The notes beneath the pieces were generated by a model, which worked only from the letters and a program-made list of their open reading frames with translations, did not search any database and was not told the origin of the DNA. The translations under genes and the position numbers were made by a program. A stretch of DNA of 63,693 nt, counting the filler, from Collodictyon triciliatum (lineage: Eukaryota): the NCBI GenBank assembly GCA_043381765.1. It is 15 parts of 15 records of this genome, joined end to end, with 100 filler letters (N's around TTAATTAATTAA, not from the genome) between each part and the next. Parts side by side here need not be neighbours in the genome. Positions count along the whole stretch, not along the records: positions 1 to 4,157 come from JBHJMP010006440.1; positions 4,258 to 8,414 come from JBHJMP010006441.1; positions 8,515 to 12,671 come from JBHJMP010006442.1; 12 more parts are not named here. One strand, written 5' to 3'. This document shows, in pieces, positions 1 through 11,362 of this stretch. Each line of letters begins with the position of its first letter. The first letter of the stretch is position 1.

Positions 1-390
1 AAAAAGAAAAAGAAAAAGAAAAAGAAAAAGAAAAAGAAAAAGAAAAAGAAAAGAAAAGAAAAGAAAAGAAAAGAAAAGAAAAGAAAAGAAAAGAAAAGAA
101 GAGAAAAAAGAAGAAGAAAAGAAAAGAAAAGAAAAGAAAAGAAGAGAAAAAAGAAGAAAAAGAAATGAAAAGAAGAGAAAAAAGAAATGAAAAGAAGAGA
201 AAAAAGAAATGAAAAGAAGAGAAAAAAGAAATGAAAAGAAAAGAAAAGAAAAGAAAAGAAAAGAAAAGAAAAAAGAAGAAGAAAAAGAAAAAAGAAATGA
301 AAAGAAGAGAAAAAAGAAATGAAAAGAAGAGAAAAAAGAAACGAAAAGAAATGAAAAGAAAAGAAAAGGAGAGAAGAGAAGAGAAAAAAA
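1..390. repeat. Purine-rich (AAAAG/AAAAAG)n microsatellite at contig end
   Basis: Direct tandem repeats. The K/R/E-rich ORF 231..419 is only its translation. Confidence 0.95.
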
Positions 391-1137
391 GAAGTTTTAC
401 AGCTTTACCTTCAAAGTAGTTCGGGTTCTCTTCGCCGGACATCTTTAGGGTGCTCAAGGCTCTAATATTGATGCGACACCGTTCAAGAAAAGAAAAGAAA
501 AGAAAAGAAAAGAAAAGAAAAGAAAAGAAAAGATAACGGGGCAGAAGGGTTCAACTCTATGTGGATGTATGTATAAACTCATATTTTTCTTGACTATTTT
601 TGTTTGATCTGTCTGTTGCGAATCCGAAATCCAACTGATCGAGTCTGTGGCCCGCCTATGAATCCAAGATACGAAGCAAACGACGAGTGCAATCTGGAGG
701 AAATCAGTAGAAACCAAGAAGGTTTGCAGGCGAGTGACTCAGCCAACGCGATCAAAGGAACAAGACCTCCGTTGCACTAATGGGTCACCCAAACCCTGTT
801 CAACCAGACTCCTTTCAAAACTGTGCCTTGTCTAATCGGCTTGCCCATGGAGTCATGTCTCAAGATGGGTTTATGATTCCCATGTCACTACCATCCCGAT
901 GGGTGAGTTGCCTTTGTATAATTCCCATCACACCGCATTCTTGCCAGTGAGCTGAAAAAGAAAAAAGTGTATCAGGGGAGAGGAGAAGAGGAGGAGAGAC
1001 ATAGGAATAGCAGGGGTCGATTGACGAGGAAAATAGATGAATCCGGTGAGCTGAGTGGCATAGTTGCAGATTGAGTTTTTTTTTCTCCGTTCCTTCTTAT
1101 GCGGCCAGTGTGTGAGTGGAATCCGAGCCCAACATAG

Positions 1138-3011
1138 CTACTTGTCACGCAGAGTGCTGACAAGCCTAAATAAAAAAAATTACAAGGAAATCAGCTACAT
1201 ATTCATACTCGCCCATAGGATTGTGGCAGCCTAGGGTTCCTTGATGAGACAGGTGTTAACCACAAAGTACCAATCAAGTCCTTCGTCCAATCCCTCGCCC
1301 TTGACAGCGGAGCATTTGAAAATGGCCCATTGTCTTTGCTTTAATGAGGCCAGCCCAAGTCCCTCCGACACTTCTGTGGGTGTCATCGCACCAGGAAGAT
1401 CTACGGAATAGAATCTGTTGACAATATTGCGCTTGATTGTTGCTTCTAAGTTTACTAGGTTTACAGAGCGTATTACAATTGAAAAAGAAGAAAATTATGT
1501 GATTTGGGATAGAACTAAAGTAATCATAATGAATATGTGTGATTTGTGGGATGCAGAATGTAAAAAAGATTGGAATATGAATCCTTCTGAATCGAAAAAG
1601 AAAAGAAAAGAAAAGAAAAGAAAAGAAAAGAAAAGAAAAGAAAAGAAAAGAAAAGAAAAGAAAAGAAAAGAAAAGAAAAGAAAAGAAAAGATGTATCACA
1701 TGTAATGTTAAAAGCAGGGGACTAGGCGCATTTACCCTGCTTGTTAGCCAGTACAAGGAGCGCAGCGTCCTTAAGTTCTTCCTCCTGAATTTTGAGTAAA
1801 TTTTAACATGTTACTCGTGTTTATATAGGTACATATTATAAGTATAATAGAATGGAAATCAAATGACCCTACCTCGAGCATGGCAATCATTTCCTCTTTC
1901 GATATGCCTAGCCTGTCTCTATCAGCACTGTCGATAACATAAATAATTGCATTTGTGTTGGCGTAGTAGCATCTCCAATAAGGCCTATAGCAACTTGAGT
2001 GAGGCCATATTGATAATATGAACCTCACCAATGTTTCACATATAATCAATATTTTCAATAAGGACGACTAAAGACCTAATACTTTGCTGCCCACCAAGGT
2101 CCCAAACTAAATTAATGATCTTAAGTAAAAAAAAAAAAAAAACAACGATACTTTCTTGTATTTATAATACAACATATTTGTCAAATTAGCAAATAGACAC
2201 CCTGGAACTTGACATTCTTGTATGTGACTGTTTCCATATTGAATCCGATTGCTGTGTGAGCAGTTTAAAGTAATTGCAGGGTGTGAAATTGATGACTTTC
2301 TTTTTAAGTTAAATATAAACAAGAAGATTACATAAATAAAAAAAAAGAAAGAAAAGGCGTGTTCGATCTTGATGAGACAAAAGCTAACTCGGGATGGTAG
2401 TCAAAACTTCTCCGATCTGGATTATGATAAGTCATTGAACCAATTTAATAAAAAGTCGTGACAAGATAGAGGGGATAATGAAGAAACACTTGAATGAAAC
2501 TTTTATGAAGTTGTATGATTACATAAAGGAAAAAATAAAGTTGTATGATTATATTATGTGCACTGTGAGGCGTAATTAAATGAAACAAAAGATGCAAGTT
2601 GCGAATGTATGATAAAGAAACAAGTATCCTCTAAAGATGCATAAGAAGGAGACCTGCATCCGGTACAGAATTGTGGTTTTCCCGGCACCGTCCAAGCCGA
2701 GGATGAGGATACGCGTATTTTTATCTCCAGAGAGATAGGAGAACAACCGAGTCAAATACCCTCCTGTATTCGTCCCACAGAAAATAAACAAGACAAATGA
2801 CGAGGCAGGCGCAAATCTTTAGAGAAGTCCCACAATAATCCAAACAAATGAAACGGTTGTTGGCGCGAATGACAGAAACCCGCCGGGTGAGAAGGAAAAG
2901 AAAAAAAAGAAGCTGCTTCAAAATGCAAGGAACGAGAGTCATAGCTGAGTAACTATCCCAAAAAGAAGAAAAGATCATCAAAAGTTGGACAAAACGGTCA
3001 GGATTACCCAT
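1138..3011 (-). CDS. ARL1: ADP-ribosylation factor-like GTPase ARL1, complete, 9 exons
   Basis: Spliced translation [99 protein letters not shown]...LANKQDLPGA...[16 protein letters not shown]. It has myristoyl Gly2, P-loop, WDLGGQ, NKQD and the ARL1-diagnostic IRPYWRCYY. All 8 introns are GT-AG. The first coding exon is ATGG (3008-3011). Confidence 0.96.
1594..1690. repeat. (AAAAG)n microsatellite inside an ARL1 intron
   Basis: Perfect 5-mer tandem array. Confidence 0.95.
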
Positions 3012-3455
3012 GATGAAGCAAGCGGCGGGCAGAAAGCGGCGGGCAGCGAGTTTCTTCTGGTCTTCTGTTGGCGATCGAGTGCGCCGATCAGATCAGATTC
3101 AGTGGGTGTGTGGATGATCGAATGCTCAGAATCGCTGGTCGAACGCAGCCAATTCATCGCATTAAAAAAGATTACTCGTGGACTGAATTGCCTGAGTCAA
3201 CAAATACCAACACTAATGCAGACATACTCGAAATTAGGTTGCTTATCTTGTATTTTATGACAAAAAATTAAAATATCTATATTTTCCAGATATGAATAAA
3301 ACCAAAACACAAAACGAAAGGCACAAGATGGAATAATGGCAAAACTTGGTATCTGGTAGGGTTTCTCTCGACAGGCGCCGCGCAGATGTCTGAGTGTTTT
3401 GAGAGACGTGGTCTGATTGCTCTCCTTGTTTCAGCACAGGGAGATCTCCCTCTAC

Positions 3456-3962
3456 ATGACTACAGCGTTTGACTTCGACCGGGCCACCGCAGAGGAGTGG
3501 ATCCTTCTCAAGACAGGAAAGCTTCCCGCTTCGACGCTCGGTTGGTTTCGCGCGGGTGTTGGGTTCTATAATAAAGGGAGATACGACAAGTGCATCGAGT
3601 GCATGAAGAAGAGTGTCCAGCTCGACTCGATGAATGTACTTGGAAACAGAGAAGAAACCGTTTTTTTTTAGTCGTTGTTGTGAAACGACGATCTCAAAAC
3701 CTTTTATTAAAGAGTCTAACAAAATGGAAAAGCACTCTTTCTTAATTGTGAATAGATTCTCTTTTTTGGTTTATTTTTGCATCCAAGACAGAAAAAAATA
3801 TAAGTATTTCAACTCTCCAACTTATTATTTCGCTGATTAAAAAGACACGGTTTATTTTATGATATCCGGATTACAAAAGCTAACTGTATCATCATTCGGT
3901 CTTTCTTTCCCCCCAGTATAACGCTTATCAAGTCATGGCCCGGGCGTGTGTTGCCACAAATC
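3456..3962 (+). CDS. TPR-repeat protein, 5' part (truncated at contig end)
   Basis: MTTAFDFDRATAEEW...GWFRAGVGFYNKGRYDKCIECMKKSVQLDSMN|YNAYQVMARACVATN fits the TPR consensus. GT-AG intron at about 3636-3917. Divergent from ARL1. Confidence 0.7.
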
Positions 3963-3984
3963 GTATGCAATTCTGTTGGGCCTT

Positions 3985-4157
<173 letters not shown>

Positions 4158-4257
4158 NNNNNNNNNNNNNNNNNNNNNNNNNNNNNNNNNNNNNNNNNNN
4201 NTTAATTAATTAANNNNNNNNNNNNNNNNNNNNNNNNNNNNNNNNNNNNNNNNNNNN
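4158..4257. other. Artificial contig spacer N44-TTAATTAATTAA-N44 (first of 14; the others start at 8415, 12672, 16926, 21183, 25438, 29691, 33943, 38195, 42447, 46699, 50949, 55198, 59446)
   Basis: Identical 100-bp block with stop codons in all six frames, recurring about every 4.25 kb. Confidence 0.99.
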
Positions 4258-4878
4258 ATACATACATACATACATACATACATACATACATACATACATA
4301 CATACATACATACATACATACATACATACATACATACATACATACATACATACATACTCCAAATAGAATTCAATCCTATGAAAAGAATAGTACAAGTTTT
4401 CGTAGAAACTTATTCCACTTATTTGTCATTAATTTTATTCGCCTGTTACTTTATTGAGCACTCCTGATGAAATAGGTGCCTTTAATTCACGTAAGGGAAA
4501 TAAATGACAAACGACCCACGCTGACCCTCGTGTATGAAAAAAAAAGATTCAAAAATGACCAGTTGTTTGAAATAGGAATTTAGATTTAATGAAAATCACT
4601 AAAGAAGCTTTGTGTGTTTCCTTCACTTCAAACCACGGTCTGTCCATGCTTACCTGGCCTTTTTTCTGCGTCCATGGTCACTTTTGCAGAATGTGCAATA
4701 GTATAAATAAATTGGAATTCTGGGCATGATGTTGGCCTTAAGAATCATGTGCAATTTAGATTCTAATAGACCATAATAATGATTCAATTCATAAAGAAAC
4801 CCTTGTGTTGATTATAAATAGTTGTAAGCCTCCTTTAATGAATTTCGGATAGCACGACATAGATAACGAATAACCAGA

Positions 4879-6501
4879 ATGACATCCGCACTACCTTACG
4901 GGAGTTCCAACTTGGGTGGGATGCCCAGCGGTAATGAACTATTTGCTTTAAGATAGAAAGCTATTCCATTCAGAAAAATTATTCATCAACCGAACCCCCC
5001 GATATATTTTAGATTTTGCGATGTTCAACAGCCTTCAGGCGGCTGAATGGGCTCGCAGCATTAATATGAGCCCCTCCACTATTCAATACATCCAAATGAA
5101 CAATGTGACAGGAAGAGATGTTTTGGCAGCCAATGAAGAGCAGATGCGCAACATTTTTGGAGCCAACGATGGTTCCATCATGTACAGGGCATTGGATCCC
5201 TATCGCATGAGGGGAAACGTTGGGGTGGGGGGCGGAGTCCACGGAATGGGTCTACCGTCAGCAAATGCTGGGGGAGGGTTGTCTGGGCTGCCTGGTTTCA
5301 TTCCTTTCTGGGGCTCCAATTCTTACTCAAACCAATCCGCTTATAACAAGGGCAAGAAAGCTGGAAAAGGGGCGCTACTGGGCAGCGCGTTGTGCGCTTC
5401 CCTTTATGGGTGTCTTATGCTGGGCTTGTTGATATCATCCTTGGTTTTAGCTGCCATCTTGCTGAGAATGATATACCACAATGAAAACAGCATTCACAGA
5501 TTGGACCGAGGGATTGAAAGAATAGGGAATCTCAACAACTTGTCAGCGTCGGTGCGCGGCGCCTATAAAAGCCACGAAATGCCGTTGGCTGTCATGGAAT
5601 GGAATTCCGACAAGTATCTTCCAAACGTCGTAAGGGCACCTTTCACTTGATGTTACATTAGAGGAGTTTGCTATCAATATCTAGGTTTTGTTTTCAGGGA
5701 AATAACATTGGGCATTTGTTTAATAATATTTTTCATTCTGTAGGTGTCATTTTCTCTCCCTTCTTATGTTCTAGGCAGTGGAGATAAAGTGGAGGTGGTT
5801 CCACTTTACATGAGTAACGGAGAAAAAGTTGGGCTTGTTCGCCTCACATTTAGTGATTCGTCAGTCGTTATCGAGACAAAAAATGATGATCTAGAGGACC
5901 TAAATAAAGGGGTATTTGATTTACTCCAAATTATTTTGATACTCCATACATAATTGCTTGTTATTTTCATTATTAACTGAATTGAAAGGACAAATAAAGA
6001 AAACTCATTACAAAAGTTCGCTATTAACCCTCCTATGTATTTTAATGGCCGCTTGGATCGATGATATAATTGCATTTAACGCAAATCACAACCAAACTCA
6101 AGACCGAGTCGGCAATAAACGGTGATAAATATAATTCGATGTGAACTCAATATGAACCTTTCATTCTCATCAAGCCGATCCTAACAATCGATTATCACGG
6201 ATAGAGCACCACGAAGCGAAACAATTTATCGAAAGGATGGCGCAAGTCCGCACGACTGTCGATAGGGTTGAAATCCTTATCAAAATTAAAAATCCGAACG
6301 CATTAATAGGAAGGGATCTATTTAATTTAATCTCAAAATTGTCAATAGGATGCTCTGAAGGATTCTCTTGAAAGTAATGACGTTACCTGCAAGGCTGCTC
6401 ACTCGGGCAATCAAGTATCGGGTCTCACGTTCCAGCGATGCATAAGTTGGGATGCAGACCACTCCAGAGTCCACATCAGCCTTGTTCAATTCCTTCAATG
6501 A
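4879..6501 (+). CDS. Uncharacterised type II membrane protein with N-terminal SAM-like domain, 6 exons
   Basis: Exons about 4879-4930, 5013-5629, 5744-5911, 6103-6121, 6205-6245 and 6349-6501 join in frame via GT-AG. AAEWARSINMSPSTIQYIQMNNVTGRDVLAANEEQMRNIFGANDGSIMYRAL resembles a SAM/SAM-PNT fold. It is followed by a Gly-rich linker, a hydrophobic helix (LYGCLMLGLLISSLVLAAILL) and a C-terminal domain ending ...HISLVQFLQ*. Confidence 0.7.
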
Positions 6502-6898
6502 CTACCACTTGACACAATCCTTTAGGCCCGCATTGTTCCAAAAGAAAAGAAATGAAAAAAGGAACCGTGGGGTGTTAGTGCAGGGCACAAGCAGACGAAG
6601 GATGGGCGTCAGATACCACCACAGAATCCCATAAATCTTTGGTCTCGTTCTACCCTCAAATCCATAGCTGGAAAATCCCATTGAAGCCCCAATGCGGTTG
6701 ATTGCTATGTCTGGAAAACATGGTTTAGCTCCAACAACAAATGCGTGAGCATTCTTTTCCAACGCACATAGAGAAAGCCTGAGCGTATGTGCGCGATATG
6801 GCTAAGAAAACAAACAGAGCCCAACAAGAGACTGCGAGAATAGGTGGGAAACAAACATATAACAGTCTTAGAAAAAGCGCACTTGAAAAACCAGCGCA

Positions 6899-7509
6899 NN
6901 NNNNNNNNNNNNNNNNNNNNNNNNNNNNNNNNNNNNNNNNNNNNNNNNNNNNNNNNNNNNNNNNNNNNNNNNNNNNNNNNNNNNNNNNNNNNNNNNNNNN
7001 NNNNNNNNNNNNNNNNNNNNNNNNNNNNNNNNNNNNNNNNNNNNNNNNNNNNNNNNNNNNNNNNNNNNNNNNNNNNNNNNNNNNNNNNNNNNNNNNNNNN
7101 NNNNNNNNNNNNNNNNNNNNNNNNNNNNNNNNNNNNNNNNNNNNNNNNNNNNNNNNNNNNNNNNNNNNNNNNNNNNNNNNNNNNNNNNNNNNNNNNNNNN
7201 NNNNNNNNNNNNNNNNNNNNNNNNNNNNNNNNNNNNNNNNNNNNNNNNNNNNNNNNNNNNNNNNNNNNNNNNNNNNNNNNNNNNNNNNNNNNNNNNNNNN
7301 NNNNNNNNNNNNNNNNNNNNNNNNNNNNNNNNNNNNNNNNNNNNNNNNNNNNNNNNNNNNNNNNNNNNNNNNNNNNNNNNNNNNNNNNNNNNNNNNNNNN
7401 NNNNNNNNNNNNNNNNNNNNNNNNNNNNNNNNNNNNNNNNNNNNNNNNNNNNNNNNNNNNNNNNNNNNNNNNNNNNNNNNNNNNNNNNNNNNNNNNNNNN
7501 NNNNNNNNN
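6899..7509. other. Internal scaffold gap (about 611 N)
   Basis: Run of N without the TTAATTAATTAA marker. Confidence 0.95.
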
Positions 7510-7696
7510 TTTCTTTTTCTTTTTCTTTTTCTTTTTCTTTTTCTTTTTCTTTCTTTTCTTTTCTTTCTTTTCTTTCTTTCTTTTCTTTCTTTTCTTTTCT
7601 TTTTCTTTTCTTTTTCTTTTCTTTATCTTTTTCATGCTGGCTTCCGTGATATTTTGCTCGCTGAAACTAATTCTCCTAAAATAATTAGTGCAACAG

Positions 7697-8275
7697 TTCA
7701 CTGGTAGATTCGCTTTTTTTACAAGCGGAACCAGCGGAACGATTTGTCTCATGTGAAGATGAGCTCTCTACGTCGCGTCATCGGACAGCTCATCAGACAA
7801 GGAAAGGCTCTAACTTTGTGCGGATAAAGCCAAAGCAAGACCATGACGACCAAGAAAGGAATGACGAAAATGAAGATGAAAGGACTAAACTCTCTCATAA
7901 ACAAGAGAGAAATAAAGGTCACAAGAGGAATGACTCATTATTGCCAAATGAATATATCCACTTACAAGAAGTGGCGCCCCAGAACATTAAAGTTTTAGAC
8001 CAGTACATCGATCTTTTAATGGCCTGGAACCATGAACAGATATATGCCCCTAGAGTAAGTACCCCATATTTATCTGTAATTGTTTTAGCTATGATTTTTA
8101 TTTTGCAACGCATATCCAACGAATACTCATGATGATATTCCTTATTTCAACCCTTTGTCTTTTCAAGGTTCGGTCTCTAATAATCGAAGGTATTCCATCA
8201 ATATTAAGAGGGAAAATGTGGAAAAGATTTTTGGATTGTGATTCGATCCATTCAAAAAATATTGGAATATATGAG
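7697..8275 (+). CDS. TBC (RabGAP) gene fragment, paralog of 21432..24365
   Basis: ...IKVLDQYIDLLMAWNHEQIYAPR|VRSLIIEGIPSILRGKMWKRFL...NIGIYE contains the TBC-opening GIPxxLRGxxW motif. Intron 8055-8167 is GT-AG. Truncated by the gap and the contig end. Confidence 0.8.
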
Positions 8276-9019
8276 GTATAAACGGTGTTCTTTGTGCAAA
8301 GATTTATACTATATTGTTAACGTATTCAACGTCATAAGTACATTTTAAACTATGGATTCATATGCAACTTAACACCCTTTCCCCCCCCCCCCTACCACCC
8401 CCCACCCCACCCACNNNNNNNNNNNNNNNNNNNNNNNNNNNNNNNNNNNNNNNNNNNNTTAATTAATTAANNNNNNNNNNNNNNNNNNNNNNNNNNNNNN
8501 NNNNNNNNNNNNNNATGTCGTATGAGATTGGTCTGCGTGAGCGCCATTTTCCTTTGTTATTCAGGACGGCTGTGGTTGGCTGTGCATCTTGTGTGCGGAA
8601 TGCGGTGGAGCCTGGCGTTGTGATGCACGAGCCGTCTTCTACGAATGAGATTTCTCTGATGGTGGCCGCGTTGCCTTCGTGAACCTGTTTGATGATGCAG
8701 AAGCCATTCTGGTTGTCCCAGTGTTTTTTATTCATACTGATATACCTCTTCTTACTAGCAATATTGCACTTTCATTACTTTCCTTTAGTGTCTTTGATTT
8801 TCACCCAATTAGTAAGGAATATGGCTGAAGGAAAACAATAATACGTCTTTCCATTATTGCACTTTTTTTTTTGATAAAAGCAGATATTGAAAAAAAGGAG
8901 AGTGTTCGAGAAAAAATTGATTAAGACATAGCGACCAAACTCACATTCACGTAGAAAATGATCTTTCATAGTCTCAGTTTTTCTATGTATCAACCAGGCA
9001 TTTTAATTGAATATTCCTT

Positions 9020-9790
9020 TTATTTCTTCTTTATTCTCGAGAGTGTCCGGCGAATGTGAAGATATTGTGCATCAGGAGTTACGTCAATAAAGTTGAATGA
9101 AAATACTGCGGGTTTGGATTTAGGGCCATTAAACATGGCTTTTTCAACAGGGTCGAGTTGTGCCCAGCGAATTCCGATTATTTTAATCAGCTCAGAATGG
9201 GGAAGAAGAGGATACTCCAATCGAAGGGTGGGTCTCATGAAGTTACAAAAATTGATGAATGGCCGATTCTTGGGTCCCAAAAAGGTGTTCCTGTCATCAT
9301 CTCGGTGCATTGGTGTGGCGTTGCTTTCCTTGCATAATTGACGTGAGGCTATTGCTGAGACTGAAGTTTTTGTTCGATGGGATTCTTTTGGCTCTATTTT
9401 TTCGGTTATTTTTGGAGGACGACCCCTTCGTGGGCAATCTTTTTTTGCATGCTTTTCTGTTTTAAATAAGGGTGATGATGCCGAGGTGGTCTCACAGCTT
9501 TTGAGCTTCGCGGTATCTTGCAGAGCTTCAAGTCTTACTTCGGGGATGGCGATCATGATATTGGGTTCAGATCCAAATGCTCCTGCATCCCGCATATCTG
9601 GCAGACTTTCGAGCTCTGCAAAAAGAGGCTCGCAAGGAAGCTCGCCATCACCATAAAAAATATCTGTAGGGGCACACTTAAGAAGAATATGATGAGATGG
9701 CGGGCTCGATATTTGCTGAAAGGTGCATGTTTTTGACTTGGATTTTTCTTTCGGGTACAAGAACCCTCCTTGGGGTGGCGAGTAAGCCAT
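9020..9790 (-). CDS. Intronless HMG-box protein with AT-hook (about 256 aa)
   Basis: RRGRPPK AT-hook. HMG box NRPFINFCNFMRPTLRLEYPLLPHSELIKIIGIRWAQLDPVEKAMF. Confidence 0.85.
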   Translation of the reverse strand: MAYSPPQGGFLYPKEKSKSKTCTFQQISSPPSHHILLKCAPTDIFYGDGELPCEPLFAELESLPDMRDAGAFGSEPNIMIAIPEVRLEALQDTAKLKSCETTSASSPLFKTEKHAKKDCPRRGRPPKITEKIEPKESHRTKTSVSAIASRQLCKESNATPMHRDDDRNTFLGPKNRPFINFCNFMRPTLRLEYPLLPHSELIKIIGIRWAQLDPVEKAMFNGPKSKPAVFSFNFIDVTPDAQYLHIRRTLSRIKKK

Positions 9791-11362
9791 ATTTACACAC
9801 AAGGCCGATTTCAGCTCTGAGATGTGGCAAAGGGGTAGAGGGCTGTGAAGAGGTTATGACTTTGAACCCTTTAGGTAATCTATGAGCACTGTGGCAAGGT
9901 GAATGAGTGTGGCTGATAGAAGCAAAACAATCACGATAAACAGTTTATTTGGCTTCTTTCCCTTGAATTGTATGAGAGTCCTAGAATAATACCAGACCTA
10001 AATCACTGGACCTTCTTCCTTTGCAAAATGAGATGTCACCCTCCCTAGAACAATAGAGTACAAATAAAATAAGTATATGTGATGATAAGTGCAAAGTTTG
10101 TGTGAAATCAGCGTTAACAGTAGTTTACTATTTGACATTCGTTTTTCTATCATGATAGTTGAAAAGAATATATGACAAAACGATAAGATGACCACGACTG
10201 AATGAGAAAGGTGGGGTAAGGGTTGTGCCATGACAAAAGCTATGGACGTGGCCTGATGGGGTGAGGGGGTGCTATCATCACTCAAAATCCAGACAACTAG
10301 GAAAGAAAGGTAGCTAGCACGTGCGAGGCCAGCTTATGCAAGGGACTAAAGATTATGCAAAGGCGTATGTCGGTGTGAGGGGAAGGCAGACCGATAATGA
10401 ATGGCAGTTTCTCAAACAGCAGAGTCGACTTACACATGCCCGACAATTGTTTTTTCATTAATGCACCAGGCGTTCGCGGGCTCGGTGTGGAGCATTTGGA
10501 AGTAGACCGAGCATATTGTTTTGTAAAAAAAATAATCGTTGGTTGCGTATTTGTGAGGACAGAGATACCCGAACATACCACAATTTGTTTGTCGCATGAC
10601 TGACATTTCCAGCAGATCGGTTGACCTGGACACATGCCTTTGTGGGATTATAAAAACACAGAAAATTGTGGAAGTGAAGCAACCAAATATGGATTAATCT
10701 GCGCCACAAATATTTCCTCATCTGGATTTGTCGTGAAATATGGGGTGAGAATGTTCGAAAAAACGTCCAGGTGTCGACTTTATTTGTGGAATTTTAACCA
10801 AAGTGGGCATGAACAATCTGCACAACCCTGTTTTTATGACCTATCAATTTGTGAGCACACAGATAATATATATTATAAATATATATATCATTATTTTATA
10901 AGTGAATATTTGAGAAAGTCATGTAATAGGATTTTAATTAAAATTAAGTCTATATATTCCAAATTTGTATAAAGCGATCCCCGAACCTGATTTGGAGACC
11001 GAGATTCAACACGGCAACGAAAGGCTGCTGCTCCTTTACAGCCCCACAGCCGCAAAGCGCTTCGTTCCTCTCCGGCGCATCCTTTTTGTTTTACAATTTC
11101 ATCAGCTTCTTTGTTATTTCTTGGAGGGGGTTTTTTTTTTTGAATACCACAGTTTGTGCAAGCAGATTTTGTTCTTGGTTCTGGTTGGTGGGCCATGTGT
11201 CGGGAAGCAGATCCATGAATGAAAACTGGGCGCAGACTCTCGCCAAAAGCACCAGGCATTCGCATATGTCACGCGTGGCTCCTTCTTTCTTTCCCCTCCT
11301 TCTCACCTGTTGCTCTTTTTCTTTCTTCTTCTCTTCCCCACTCCTCACTTTGCGCCCGTAGC

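Noticed and set aside
409-462. Possible - strand exon MSGEENPNYFE with a GT donor; similarly short frames at 8516-8735 and 29580-29690
   Set aside because: They are too short and cut by contig ends, with no recognisable homology.
887-2401. 13-bp inverted match ACTACCATCCCGA (about 887-899 versus ARL1 exon about 2389-2401)
   Set aside because: It is too short with no extension, and one arm is ordinary coding sequence; likely chance.
4202-4213. Recurrent TTAATTAATTAA palindrome as a biological repeat, CRISPR-like unit or piggyBac TTAA site
   Set aside because: It is always flanked by exactly 44 N on each side: a six-frame-stop assembly spacer. ORFs ending in X...LIN or X...N are artefacts.
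5906-5915. Non-canonical GG donor in the SAM-like gene
   Set aside because: A canonical AG/GT microexon at 6103-6121 resolves the phase.
10397-10972. Two same-frame ORFs separated by two TGA codons, suggesting TGA recoding
   Set aside because: The product is unrecognisable, conserved Trp positions in real genes here use TGG, and TGA ends the gene model at 6499-6501.
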